Of a stretch of 64,000 bases of DNA, positions 9,901 through 19,761 are shown one piece after another. The first letter of the stretch is position 1. The number at the start of each line of letters is the position of its first letter. The position numbers were made by a program, and so were the translations under genes. The notes beneath the pieces were generated by a model. That model searched no databases and was not told where the DNA came from. It was given only the letters and a program-made list of their open reading frames with translations. The DNA lies in IMG/VR virus record IMGVR_UViG_3300047170_000049, positions 95,289 to 159,288 of that record; one strand, 5' to 3'. Source of the stretch: a virus.

Positions 9901-10788
9901 ATGTTAAAAGCAATACGATTACTATTGCTTTCCTTGAGCCTCATCAGTGTTGCACATGGAAGTGATTTTGACTTTGCGAAGATTAAGCAATCTGTCTTTA
10001 ACGTGGCGGTACTTAGGAAGTCTGGGGTTTTTGTTAACCCTCGCACGCAAGAGTTTATACCAATGATGCGTGCTACGGCATTCTTTGTTAACACTCCTAC
10101 TGGCACAGTTGGGGTTACTAATAATCACGTTTGTCGTGACTTACACAAAGGTATTCCATCTATCATTCTTAATGAAGATGGGGTTGTAAAATCTTTGTCA
10201 GACCTCGATATAATCACCGATGTCTATATGGAACCTGGTAAAGACATTTGTATTTTTAAGACCAAGCTTCCCCACCCTGGACTTAACCTAGGGAAAGTAG
10301 ACCCCAAACGTTACGACCATGTTACCATCACTGGATTTGATGGTGAAATCCAGATGATGATTTCTGAAGGTTACATCTATGGGACGGCAGTTGAGCGTTA
10401 CTTCAATCACTTTGATAAGTGCGCTGAAAGCAAGTTTGCACCATTTAGTCCAAATTGGTTTATTTGCGAAGATTATACGGTCATTCCAATCTACACTGAA
10501 ACTAAGCAGTTAAAGTCAACCGCTAGAGTTTCACCAGGATGGTCTGGGTCGCCAGTGCTGAATGCCAATTCTGAAGTTGTGGCCATAGTAAACGCATACG
10601 ATATTCCAACGGAGCAAGACAATAAAGAAGAGTCTTACCTACACTCCGTATCTGAGATTCAACATGCTATCGCCAACGCTCAATTTATACCCTTCAATGA
10701 CAAGTCGATTCTACAAGAAGTTGAAGTTACGGAAGAGTATGAAGAAATCTTTGGCGACCTAGGAGTGCCTGCGCACTTTCTCCAATGA
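9901..10788 (+). CDS. exported trypsin-like serine protease
   Basis: Signal peptide; TNNHV, DICI, PGWSGSPV triad motifs. Confidence 0.85.
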   Translation: MLKAIRLLLLSLSLISVAHGSDFDFAKIKQSVFNVAVLRKSGVFVNPRTQEFIPMMRATAFFVNTPTGTVGVTNNHVCRDLHKGIPSIILNEDGVVKSLSDLDIITDVYMEPGKDICIFKTKLPHPGLNLGKVDPKRYDHVTITGFDGEIQMMISEGYIYGTAVERYFNHFDKCAESKFAPFSPNWFICEDYTVIPIYTETKQLKSTARVSPGWSGSPVLNANSEVVAIVNAYDIPTEQDNKEESYLHSVSEIQHAIANAQFIPFNDKSILQEVEVTEEYEEIFGDLGVPAHFLQ

Positions 10789-11369
10789 AAATACTTGCAT
10801 TAGACATTTCAAGTAAAACTGGATGGGCTATTTTCGACAATAATAAGTTAGTTGAATATGGCCTTATTCGCGTAACTCTAATAAATTTTAATGTTAACGA
10901 AGAGCCTAATAAACAACCCGAGTACCCATATAATCTTTTAAAAGCTGCAGATGAAATGGCAGCCCATTTAGGCAATTTAATTCACAAACATAACCCCGAT
11001 GCAATCGTCATTGAGAACACAGTGAAGGGTCGCAACAGGCACACACAGCGTCTACTAGAGTGGCTTCATAAGTCAACCATAGAGCAGCTTATTGCACATA
11101 AACGAACATTTACCTATCTGGACCCTAGCGAATGGCGTGGAATCCTTGAAATTCGCATGTCAAAAGAAGATAAGAAGAATAATGCTTTAGTGAATAAAGG
11201 CAAGAAACGTGGTAAGATTACTAAGAAGCACTTAAGCGTTCGATTTGCCAATACCACCTTTGGATTAAAACTTTTAATGAAAGACAATGATATTGCAGAT
11301 GCCATATCACTGGGTCTGGCATTCTACGAAAAAACACATATCATGGGGAAAGACAATGGACAATCTTAA
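10785..11369 (+). CDS. ruvC: RuvC-like Holliday junction resolvase
   Basis: ILALDISSKTGWA, VIE, P.EWR, DIADAI. Confidence 0.8.
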   Translation: MKILALDISSKTGWAIFDNNKLVEYGLIRVTLINFNVNEEPNKQPEYPYNLLKAADEMAAHLGNLIHKHNPDAIVIENTVKGRNRHTQRLLEWLHKSTIEQLIAHKRTFTYLDPSEWRGILEIRMSKEDKKNNALVNKGKKRGKITKKHLSVRFANTTFGLKLLMKDNDIADAISLGLAFYEKTHIMGKDNGQS

Positions 11370-11832
11370 AAATTTATTTCATTCACTAGAAATCAAGGTA
11401 AAGAAATTAGACCCCAAGGCTGTAATCCCTAAGTATGCGAAAGATGGTGATGCTGGCCTAGACCTAACCGCCATCTCCAAATCATTTGAGCGCCATAAAG
11501 ACGGTAGTAGAATTATAACCTACGGTACAGGGCTAGCCATTGAAATCCCCAAGGGTTACGTTGGGTTAATCTTCCCCCGTAGCTCCATTTCTAAGACCTG
11601 CCTTAATCTCACTAATTCCGTAGGGGTTATTGATTCAGGCTATCGTGGCGAAATCATGGCTAAATTTAGAATTGATAGTGCAGACCGTGCTACCGCTGGT
11701 AGTTCTTATAAGGAAGGTGAGCGCATCATGCAATTGATTGTAATGCCTTACCCACAGGTAACCTTAGTAGAAGCCGATGAACTTTCTGACACTGAACGTG
11801 GCGAAGGTGGATTCGGGTCTAGCGGAAAATAA
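11356..11832 (+). CDS. dut: trimeric dUTPase
   Basis: AGLDL, PRSS, GVIDSGYRGEI, IMQL, RGEGGFGSSG; likely start at MDNLK. Confidence 0.95.
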   Translation: MDNLKNLFHSLEIKVKKLDPKAVIPKYAKDGDAGLDLTAISKSFERHKDGSRIITYGTGLAIEIPKGYVGLIFPRSSISKTCLNLTNSVGVIDSGYRGEIMAKFRIDSADRATAGSSYKEGERIMQLIVMPYPQVTLVEADELSDTERGEGGFGSSGK

Positions 11833-11854
11833 TTTAGACGATTTTAGAAAATAA

Positions 11855-11862
11855 GTGATATA
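11855..11862 (+). promoter_or_regulatory. GTGATATA promoter motif (class II)
   Basis: Intergenic, before AAGGAG RBS. Confidence 0.55.
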
Positions 11863-11876
11863 GAGTCCTTAAGGAG

Positions 11877-12656
11877 TTGACTATGAGTTTTGATGAATCA
11901 GAATATGCAACAGATGAAGTCTTAAATGACTTGAACGAAGAAGAGGGTAGTTCCACGCAAGGTACTATTAACGAAGCCTTGAAGCGTGTTGAGGAAGCCA
12001 ATCTTCTAATGTTGCTTGTTAATAAAGATATTTTCAGTGAAGGCTCTGCCCGTGCAGAGATTCTTGAATCAGTTCAAAGTAGGCTTAAAGCATGGGCAAT
12101 CTCAGAGATTGAAACTTTGCTCAATCTTGCACAATCACAACCCAAAGCAGTAGCTGAAGTTTACAAGTCACCTTTTGACTCAGAAGAAACCACCGCTCTT
12201 AAGTTGTTGGCAAATCGCGTACTAAAACGTGACACTACAGCTATTACAGTGGCAGCAAAAGAACCTGAGATTAAACCTATTACAGTGCCCCAAGCTACAT
12301 TAAGAACTCCTTCAGTGTCCAAGGTTCAAGCTCCTAAAAAGGCTGCGCCTGCAGCACCTAAGAAGGTTGAATCAAAAGGTGTTCAAGCTAAGAAGGGCGT
12401 ACCTGCAGGTGGCCCTAAACCAATTCCAATGGCGACAGTAGCACAAGCCATGGATATTGCATCTAAGACTGCAGGTGCATCAGGTGCGCAAATCGGCGCA
12501 ATCATGACGGCAGTTCAACCCAATGAAAGCGTCGCAATGGCGACAAAAAAAAGTAATTTAATTGCTGCAGCTATCGCCCAGATGACGGGTGGAAATCAAG
12601 TTGCAGTTTTGGCAGATACCCCTTCAGATTCAGGAGATATAAATGAGCGATTCTAA
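11877..12656 (+). CDS. hypothetical protein, Ala/Pro/Lys-rich C-terminal half
   Basis: ORF with RBS. Confidence 0.65.
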   Translation: MTMSFDESEYATDEVLNDLNEEEGSSTQGTINEALKRVEEANLLMLLVNKDIFSEGSARAEILESVQSRLKAWAISEIETLLNLAQSQPKAVAEVYKSPFDSEETTALKLLANRVLKRDTTAITVAAKEPEIKPITVPQATLRTPSVSKVQAPKKAAPAAPKKVESKGVQAKKGVPAGGPKPIPMATVAQAMDIASKTAGASGAQIGAIMTAVQPNESVAMATKKSNLIAAAIAQMTGGNQVAVLADTPSDSGDINERF

Positions 12657-13260
12657 TGACACCCCAGTAGTACCTACCCCTGCACCAGTGGACCCAACTC
12701 CAGCGCCTGTGGCACCAGTTGCTCCACCAGCGCCAGCGCCTGCAAAGACGTATATGGAGCGTTTGCTTGAGATGGAGATGGCACTCAAACAACACGTTGT
12801 GCAAATTACTCAACAGAATGGACTTATAAAGTATTTGTCCAATCTCTCGGCTCAATTGGTAGAAGAAATTACCAACTTGAACGACCAACTAAATGCCCTG
12901 TATGACCTGCACGAAGCTAAACAAGAGATTAGCCGTACTGCAATCAATGCGAATCTCACCAAGAAGATTGAAGATTCTATGCGTAAGATTATCTCTGACC
13001 GCGTAGCAAATGGAGCACTCACAAAGATTGATGCAGTAGCTTCACTTGAAGACCTCTTCACCTACTCTAGCCCTGAAGTCCCTTACGCTTTCCGTTTGGT
13101 TCGCGTTCTAGAAGCTGACCAACAAAAAGATGTTGTTGGTAAAAAAGAAGGCGACTTAATTGGTAACATGAAGATTTTGGAAGTTTACAGACTGAATAAA
13201 AAAGATGCAGCACCTGTAGACCCCAAAGCGCCTAAGACGGACGCCCCTACTTCAAACTAA
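12643..13260 (+). CDS. hypothetical protein with Pro/Ala N-terminus and coiled coil
   Basis: AGGAG RBS. Confidence 0.65.
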   Translation: MSDSNDTPVVPTPAPVDPTPAPVAPVAPPAPAPAKTYMERLLEMEMALKQHVVQITQQNGLIKYLSNLSAQLVEEITNLNDQLNALYDLHEAKQEISRTAINANLTKKIEDSMRKIISDRVANGALTKIDAVASLEDLFTYSSPEVPYAFRLVRVLEADQQKDVVGKKEGDLIGNMKILEVYRLNKKDAAPVDPKAPKTDAPTSN

Positions 13261-13271
13261 AGGACTGATGA

Positions 13272-14543
13272 ATGTCTACTAAGAAGAAAAAAGCAAAACC
13301 AGTTATTAAGACTGATTTAATTGCTCAAGATATTTCTAACGTTGCAGAAGATTTAGGTTGTGAGCCTTGGGAATTAACTAAGGCTCAATACCGCAAAAAC
13401 GGCGGCACAGTCTCAGAGTGGGACTTGAAATCACATGGTGGCTTCTCTGGTATTCAAAAAGCTTACTTTGAGCACGATGAACCCAAAGACTATGCCTCCA
13501 TTGAAGACCTTAAAGATGTTCGTAAGAAGTATCTTAAGCTTCTTAAAGACTTTGGCTCAGAAGAACGCTTCTTGGCTAAACTCAAAGATGCTATTAGTGA
13601 AGTACCAAAGGTTGATGTTATACCTTACAAACCCAAGAAGAATAAGCCTGTTAAGCGTTTCCTAAACCTAGTGCTTTCAGACTTACACATTGGTGGTGAC
13701 ATTGACCCTAAAGAGACTGGCAACAGCTTCTCTAAGAACGATGAAGCCCGATGTCTAGCAGCCGTAGTTAAGAACGTAATTGAATACAAGCTTGACCACC
13801 GCGATGAGACTGAGCTTAACGTGATGATTCTAGGCGATGTCATTGAGAATGAAATGCACGAAAGAACTTCTGCAGACCTCATTCACATGCAAGTATGCCG
13901 TGCAATGTACCTATTAAACCAAGTGATTGCTCAGTTTTCGGCCAACTTTAAGAAGGTTCATGTTTGGTTCGCCGTAGGTAATCATGGTCGTGACTCAGGT
14001 ATTAACAAAGGCCGTGCAGTTGCTCTTAAGTACAACTCACTTGAGACTGACATTTACTATGCACTTCGTTTAGCTGGTCAGCACTTGGCTAACGTAGAAT
14101 TCCACCAACCTAAGACCCCATGGTGCGAAATCAATGTTTTTGGTCATAAGTTCTATGCCACTCACGGAGATACGCACTTTAATGTTGGTAACGTAGGCTC
14201 TAAACTAGATGTTAAGTCCATTGAGGTTCAAGTTGACCGAATCAACGCCTCGCTTAAAGACAAGAATGAGTACAGCGTATTCATCTGCGGTCACGTTCAC
14301 TCTGCAGTACATACCGCCCTAAACAATGGTGCGTACTTGATTGTTAACGGAGCACTTACCCCACCTAACGGTTTTGCAAATACCATTGGAATTATGGAGA
14401 ACCCTCAAATCCAAATGATGTGGGAATCTACAGAATCCAAAGCTGTGGGCGACGTGCGAATGATTACTGTCAATGGCGCTAACAAAAATCCAGAATTGGA
14501 AAAGATTATCAAACCTTTCGTGGATTTAGATACGGACCTTTAA
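13272..14543 (+). CDS. calcineurin-like metallophosphoesterase
   Basis: SDLH, LGD, GNHG, THGD, GHVH. Confidence 0.85.
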   Translation: MSTKKKKAKPVIKTDLIAQDISNVAEDLGCEPWELTKAQYRKNGGTVSEWDLKSHGGFSGIQKAYFEHDEPKDYASIEDLKDVRKKYLKLLKDFGSEERFLAKLKDAISEVPKVDVIPYKPKKNKPVKRFLNLVLSDLHIGGDIDPKETGNSFSKNDEARCLAAVVKNVIEYKLDHRDETELNVMILGDVIENEMHERTSADLIHMQVCRAMYLLNQVIAQFSANFKKVHVWFAVGNHGRDSGINKGRAVALKYNSLETDIYYALRLAGQHLANVEFHQPKTPWCEINVFGHKFYATHGDTHFNVGNVGSKLDVKSIEVQVDRINASLKDKNEYSVFICGHVHSAVHTALNNGAYLIVNGALTPPNGFANTIGIMENPQIQMMWESTESKAVGDVRMITVNGANKNPELEKIIKPFVDLDTDL

Positions 14544-14544
14544 A

Positions 14545-14874
14545 ATGAGCAAACATACCCAGCCTAGAAACAGGGGTGGGGATTCTTCCAATGAAGAAAA
14601 TCTCCGTGGGAAGTACAGAGAAGCTAAGAAAGAAATTAAACAGCTTCACGCTTACGTTAAGTATTTAGAGAAAAAGTTGCGTGCCCTGGAAGGCATCAAC
14701 CTGAATGAAGATACCAAGGATGATGTGGATAACACGGAAGAAATGGATAAGGCACGATGCCGTAAGTGTAAATCTACCAATGTAACCGTTTTAAGCATCC
14801 CTCGTAGGAGTGATACCTTAAACATAACCATATGTGAAGATTGTGGCGACAGAGACAGTGTTAAAGAGAAATAA
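14545..14874 (+). CDS. coiled-coil plus Zn-ribbon protein
   Basis: CRKC...CEDCG. Confidence 0.6.
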   Translation: MSKHTQPRNRGGDSSNEENLRGKYREAKKEIKQLHAYVKYLEKKLRALEGINLNEDTKDDVDNTEEMDKARCRKCKSTNVTVLSIPRRSDTLNITICEDCGDRDSVKEK

Positions 14875-15250
14875 TTTTATGAAAGCAGATGGCACTGAAT
14901 CTTCACTCAATCGGGCAAAAAGATTAATTAAAGAAATTGAACTTAAAATTAGTAAGATTTCCAAAGACCTTAGCGATGAGACTGACATACAAAACTTAAT
15001 CAATGAGAAAATAACTGAACTTAAAGAATGTGTAGATAACCTAAAGAGCGGTAAGACTGCAGTTTCATTCACTGAATTTCATATAATTAAAGAAGAGATT
15101 GTTTCATTTCAAGACTTAAATTCCAAAAAAACTGAAGCTATTAAGAACCTCAACATCTTGTTGACAACACAAAAAGAGGAATTAGCTAAACTACAAATGG
15201 AACTTAAGGCTCTTCAGAAGAGCGGTGTAGTAATAGCTTTTAAGAAATGA
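14834..15250 (+). CDS. coiled-coil hypothetical protein
   Basis: ORF; start may be ATG 14879. Confidence 0.55.
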   Translation: MKIVATETVLKRNNFMKADGTESSLNRAKRLIKEIELKISKISKDLSDETDIQNLINEKITELKECVDNLKSGKTAVSFTEFHIIKEEIVSFQDLNSKKTEAIKNLNILLTTQKEELAKLQMELKALQKSGVVIAFKK

Positions 15251-15312
15251 ACCACTATACAAACTTACAACCATTATGGCCAGCCGATAATAGAAAGAAG
15301 CATAATCATTAA
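15247..15312 (+). pseudogene. remnant of HNH endonuclease C-terminus
   Basis: MNHYTNLQPLWPADNRKKHNH matches the HYTNLQPLW..dN.kK end of phage HNH proteins. Confidence 0.45.
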
Positions 15313-15532
15313 GCATAATAAAGACATCAGTAAGCTCAAGGAGAGGATTTTCACTGAGCCTGATTTTATTAATTCAAAGAAATATGGGTATAGCCTGGAG
15401 AAGTTCCAGAAGCAACACCCTGACAGTATCCCTGATAATATTATTGCGGTACTGCTTTGTATTAGTGTCGAAGAAGTGCAAGGTCACTTCCAATCTTCAG
15501 TTGAAAAATTAAGAAAAGCTTTCAAGATTTAA
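15251..15532 (+). CDS. open frame lacking a plausible canonical start, possible HTH protein
   Basis: ...RIFTEPDFINSKKYGYSLEKFQKQHPDSIPDNIIAVLLCISVEEVQGHFQSSVEKLRKAFKI*, resembles a sigma region 4 HTH; fills an otherwise empty gap. Confidence 0.4.
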   Translation, partial: TTIQTYNHYGQPIIERSIIIKHNKDISKLKERIFTEPDFINSKKYGYSLEKFQKQHPDSIPDNIIAVLLCISVEEVQGHFQSSVEKLRKAFKI

Positions 15533-15539
15533 AAATTTA

Positions 15540-15547
15540 GTGATATA
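15540..15547 (+). promoter_or_regulatory. GTGATATA promoter motif (class II)
   Basis: Upstream of dnaE. Confidence 0.55.
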
Positions 15548-15604
15548 TAGAACATAAGCACTGCTTATTGTAGAGTCCGTTTTAGGCGTACTCGAAAGGA
15601 AAAT

Positions 15605-18600
15605 ATGAATTTCAAACCAATCGTACCCCCTCATACACACCCCCTTAGCCTTGATTCTGGCAACTCAGTTAAGCAATTTATCAAAGCCTCAGCTAAGACA
15701 TTTGGTCATAAGGCCATTGCTATTACTGACCACGGCACCATGGGTGCAATCATTGAGGCTTACGAATACTCTAAAGAACTTAAGAAGAAAGAAGGCTTGG
15801 ATATTACAATCATTCCAGGCATAGAACTCTACCTGAAGCCTGATGAGACAGACCCCACACGCGACCGTCGTAACGGTAAGCCCGTATCCTACTACCACGT
15901 CACATGCCATTTTAATAACTTCCAATCATACCTCAAGTGCTGTGAACTCACTAAGAAGGGGTATGAACGTGGTCTATGGAAAGGGTCCGAGTATAAGCCT
16001 CTCATCACATGGGACGAGCTTGAATCCCTATCGGGCCAAGTTACGCTCTTCTCGTCATGTCTAATTGGCGCGGTTCTCGGCCCCTGGATTAACGGCTCCA
16101 AAGAACAATCTGAACAGAACTTTGTTCGTTTAAAAAACATTGCTGGTCCCGAAAAATTTTTTGTAGAAATCTTCCCATACGAAGTATCCAAGGACTGGGA
16201 CAAAAAAGACATGGTATTCAAAACCAAGCCCTCGTCTTGCGATTGCCCTAATGGAATGATGCAAGTTGGTGCCAATGAATGGGTAATGCACCTAGCTGAG
16301 AAATACAACGTTCCAATGGTCGCGTCGGAAGATGCCCACTACGCCAACCCTGATGATAAAGCCATTCAAGATGCTCGACTCTCTAACGGTAAAGAACAAT
16401 GGAAAATGGCTGATGTTAACTGTCTGCACACTTCCGATTGGCTCTTCGCAGAGTTTAACCGCCTCCACATCGGAAAATTTTCAGAATCTCAATTTCAAGA
16501 AATTATTGAAAACTCTTATAAGTTTGCTGACCAATCTAAGGGGTTTAGTCCACATTTTAAACCGGCACTGCCGTTATACCCACTTGAGCTTGAAGCTGGA
16601 ATGAATGAAGATAATCAACAAGCCAAGCACGTTGTTAACTTAATTCAAAAGAAAGGCCGTGTTGACTTCTCTAATGATATTTACCGTAACCGTTTAAATA
16701 AAGAGCTTAAAGAACTAGCCTTTAATGGCAAAATCAATATCCTGCCCTACTTCTTAACACTTCATACCGTTATTGAGCACTGTGAAAAGAATAACATCTT
16801 GGTAGGCCCTGGACGGGGCTCTGCCGCTGGGTCTCTACTTGCATACGGTCTGGGCATTACTAACGTTGACCCTATTAAAGAAGACCTTAGTTTTGAGCGT
16901 TTCTTTGACGTTACTCGTGTTGAAGAGGGTCTAGCCGATATTGATACGGACTTTAGCGACCGCGATGCGGTCATTGAATTCGCTAAGAAGGAATGGGGTG
17001 ACCGTTTTGCCTACATTGGAGTCGCCCAGAAGTTCAAAACCAAGATGGCACTCAAAGACATTGATAGATTTTTGAATGGCGAAGTTTCTAAGCTCACGGA
17101 AGACGTGGCAAAATCAGTTGGTAACTCACCCCAAGGCGTTGACGAAGAGCGATTCTTGAACGGATATACTGACCAAGACGGCAATACTGTAGACGGCGAA
17201 CTCGACACCAACCCCAAACTACTTCGCTACCTACAAGAACACCCTAAAAATGCAGCGTTGCTATTCAAGATGATTGGTATTACCCGTCAAATGGGCCGTC
17301 ATGCGTGTGGGGTTATCATAGCAGACCGCCCTGTCCATGAGTTTATCCCCCTAATGAAGGTTAAAGGCGAGCTTATCACCCAGCTTACCCCCGAATGGGT
17401 CCAGAAGTGTGGTGGCGTTAAGTACGACTTCCTAGGTCTAAACACGCTTTTAGACGTGCAAAAGTGTGTACGTCTTATCAAGGAACGCACTGGGAAGGTG
17501 ATTGACCCATGGAAAATTGAAGACACTCCTGAAATCTGGGAAGCGGCAGCTAATAACCCTTCGACTATTTTCCAGTTACATACGCAAACGGTCCGTCATG
17601 GTTTACAGACTATGCGTCCTAAGAATGTTACTGAAGGCGCTATCCTTACATCAATCTTTCGACCAGGCGCTACAGATGCCGTTTCAGATGAAGACCCTAA
17701 TAAGACCATGGCAGATATATTCTTAGAGCGTTGGACTGGTCAGCGTGAGACTAAGTATATTCACCCAGACCTTATTCCTTACTTGTCTGTCACCAAGGGT
17801 GTTATCACTTGGCAAGAACAAATTATGAAAATAGTCCATGAACTCGGTGGGTTAACTATGGTTGAGACTCAAAAGGTTCGTAAGTCTATTTCTAAGAAAG
17901 TTTCAGATGACCTGATTAACTCACTGAACAAGGTTGAGAAACATTTGGTTGAGGTGCGGGGCTGGACTAAAGAACAGGCTAACTCCTTGACTTCACAGAT
18001 GAAAGCTTCAGGCCGTTACTCGTTCAATAAATCCCACGCTATTTCCTATATTTACATTGCGCGTGCGTGCGCATATTTGAAGTACCACTACCCATTGGAA
18101 TGGTGGACTGCCGTATTATCTAATGCTGATAAAGAAGACTTAAAAGGCTACTGGAAGCATGTGTCTAAGTTTGTTCGCTTCCCTGATGTCAATAAGTCCA
18201 ACGATTCCTTTGAGATTTCTAGCGAAGGTGGTGTAGAGTTTATTAGAGCGCCCTTGAGCCTACTGGAAGGCATTGGAGCGGCTGCCCTAGCTGAGATAAC
18301 GTCTAAGCGTCCGTTTGTGGATTTTAGAGACTTTATCACGCGAATTGACCGTAGGGTAATTAACAAGCGTGCCGTGGCTAACCTTATTTTCAGTAATTCT
18401 TTAGATTCGCTATTTACTACGGATAGGACCGACGAAGAAAAATATGCTGAATATTTGAATCTAAGGGCTGAGATTGCTGGCACTACCCGTGAAGCCTTCC
18501 CCCAGGAGTACATGAATTTAACCCCATTAAAACGCTATCTACTTAAGAAGACTATATTAACTGTATATAGTGACGACTTATTTGACATAGCCCTGCCAAA

Positions 18601-18991
18601 ATTAATTGCAGAAAAAATGGTCGAGATTGACCAAAATGGGATATATAAGTATTTGGATACGAGTGGAAAGTTTACGATTGCCAATAGCAATACGTTTAAA
18701 ATTTTCACCGATGCCAACAATCCAGCGGAGGCTAACTTTGCCGTGATTGGAATGATTCAAGATGAGAAGGAATTCATCTATCAAAAGACTAAGAAGGCAT
18801 TGAAGCTTTCAGTTGAGTTGGATGACTTGACGTTTGAGACGGTTAAGTGGCCTAAGTGGGGCTCAGACCATCACGATGAAGAAAAGGTTAAGAACACTAT
18901 TTGCGTTTTAATTCTGAACCGCAAAGGTGGAACTGGCAGAGATAAGGTTTTTGTTAAAAAGATTATTCCAATAGAAAGAGGAATCGAATGA
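15605..18991 (+). CDS. dnaE: DNA polymerase III alpha subunit (family C)
   Basis: PHP domain (HTH, ITDHG, GIE, DAHY), GPGRGSAAGSL, FERF, DIDTDF, HACG, KYDFLGL, QEQIM, YSFNKSHA. Confidence 0.96.
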   Translation: MNFKPIVPPHTHPLSLDSGNSVKQFIKASAKTFGHKAIAITDHGTMGAIIEAYEYSKELKKKEGLDITIIPGIELYLKPDETDPTRDRRNGKPVSYYHVTCHFNNFQSYLKCCELTKKGYERGLWKGSEYKPLITWDELESLSGQVTLFSSCLIGAVLGPWINGSKEQSEQNFVRLKNIAGPEKFFVEIFPYEVSKDWDKKDMVFKTKPSSCDCPNGMMQVGANEWVMHLAEKYNVPMVASEDAHYANPDDKAIQDARLSNGKEQWKMADVNCLHTSDWLFAEFNRLHIGKFSESQFQEIIENSYKFADQSKGFSPHFKPALPLYPLELEAGMNEDNQQAKHVVNLIQKKGRVDFSNDIYRNRLNKELKELAFNGKINILPYFLTLHTVIEHCEKNNILVGPGRGSAAGSLLAYGLGITNVDPIKEDLSFERFFDVTRVEEGLADIDTDFSDRDAVIEFAKKEWGDRFAYIGVAQKFKTKMALKDIDRFLNGEVSKLTEDVAKSVGNSPQGVDEERFLNGYTDQDGNTVDGELDTNPKLLRYLQEHPKNAALLFKMIGITRQMGRHACGVIIADRPVHEFIPLMKVKGELITQLTPEWVQKCGGVKYDFLGLNTLLDVQKCVRLIKERTGKVIDPWKIEDTPEIWEAAANNPSTIFQLHTQTVRHGLQTMRPKNVTEGAILTSIFRPGATDAVSDEDPNKTMADIFLERWTGQRETKYIHPDLIPYLSVTKGVITWQEQIMKIVHELGGLTMVETQKVRKSISKKVSDDLINSLNKVEKHLVEVRGWTKEQANSLTSQMKASGRYSFNKSHAISYIYIARACAYLKYHYPLEWWTAVLSNADKEDLKGYWKHVSKFVRFPDVNKSNDSFEISSEGGVEFIRAPLSLLEGIGAAALAEITSKRPFVDFRDFITRIDRRVINKRAVANLIFSNSLDSLFTTDRTDEEKYAEYLNLRAEIAGTTREAFPQEYMNLTPLKRYLLKKTILTVYSDDLFDIALPKLIAEKMVEIDQNGIYKYLDTSGKFTIANSNTFKIFTDANNPAEANFAVIGMIQDEKEFIYQKTKKALKLSVELDDLTFETVKWPKWGSDHHDEEKVKNTICVLILNRKGGTGRDKVFVKKIIPIERGIE

Positions 18992-19761
18992 CTAACACAG
19001 AATTAAGAAAGAAAATCCAAGATTTAAAGGTAATCATTGGTCGAAACCTGGAGAACTGGGATTCTCGCACCCGCTCAGGCATGGTTGGCCAACAAGAAAA
19101 AGCCAAACGTGACATTGAAGTTACGAAGCAAGAATTGTCTACCAACATCGTGCGTAGTGCAATGCTCATCGCAGGTCTAGAAGATGCCCCTGCCGCTACT
19201 TTAAAAGGTATCGCAGCTATGAACCCATCAGAGTCTGTATCAATTGACTTCTATGAATTAGAACACAGATTAATTGATAGTATTTATAAAGGTCGCGAAG
19301 TTGTTGGGTTCACCGTTAACAATGAATTCACCATCATGTTGAACCGCGTTCTATCTTTAGTAAGAGATGAGCTTGGTGCCATTTCAATGCCCACCGTTGC
19401 AATCCCTGCCACACGCTACGGCAAGTATGATAGTAAAGATGACGTTGCAAAATTCTTGCATGAAATTTTTAAAGCTCAGTTTGGAACAGAGTTAAAAGCA
19501 AAATATATGCACCTAAGACTCACCCAGCTTGGCAAAGAGCTTCTGGATGGTAACTTTGACACCTTAACGATTGTGGTTACAAACATTCCTAAAGACTTTA
19601 GACAAGTTGTCGGTGGAATCACAAAACACTTAGTTTTCGTAACTAAAGAAGAAGGTATCCCAGAAAGTGTGGTATCTTCAGAGGGTGATACTGAACAAGA
19701 TTTAATTTTAAAGATTGTTAATAAGATTCAAGAAAATAAACTTAAAGGAGAAAATAAATGA
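18988..19761 (+). CDS. hypothetical protein
   Basis: ATGA-coupled to dnaE. Confidence 0.65.
   Translation: MTNTELRKKIQDLKVIIGRNLENWDSRTRSGMVGQQEKAKRDIEVTKQELSTNIVRSAMLIAGLEDAPAATLKGIAAMNPSESVSIDFYELEHRLIDSIYKGREVVGFTVNNEFTIMLNRVLSLVRDELGAISMPTVAIPATRYGKYDSKDDVAKFLHEIFKAQFGTELKAKYMHLRLTQLGKELLDGNFDTLTIVVTNIPKDFRQVVGGITKHLVFVTKEEGIPESVVSSEGDTEQDLILKIVNKIQENKLKGENK

Noticed and set aside
15248-15250. Genome-wide stop-codon reassignment
   Set aside because: Long conserved genes are intact in code 11 and TGA acts as a true stop in many ATGA overlaps
15605-18991. Intein or intron in dnaE
   Set aside because: Length and motif spacing are normal; no intein splice motifs seen
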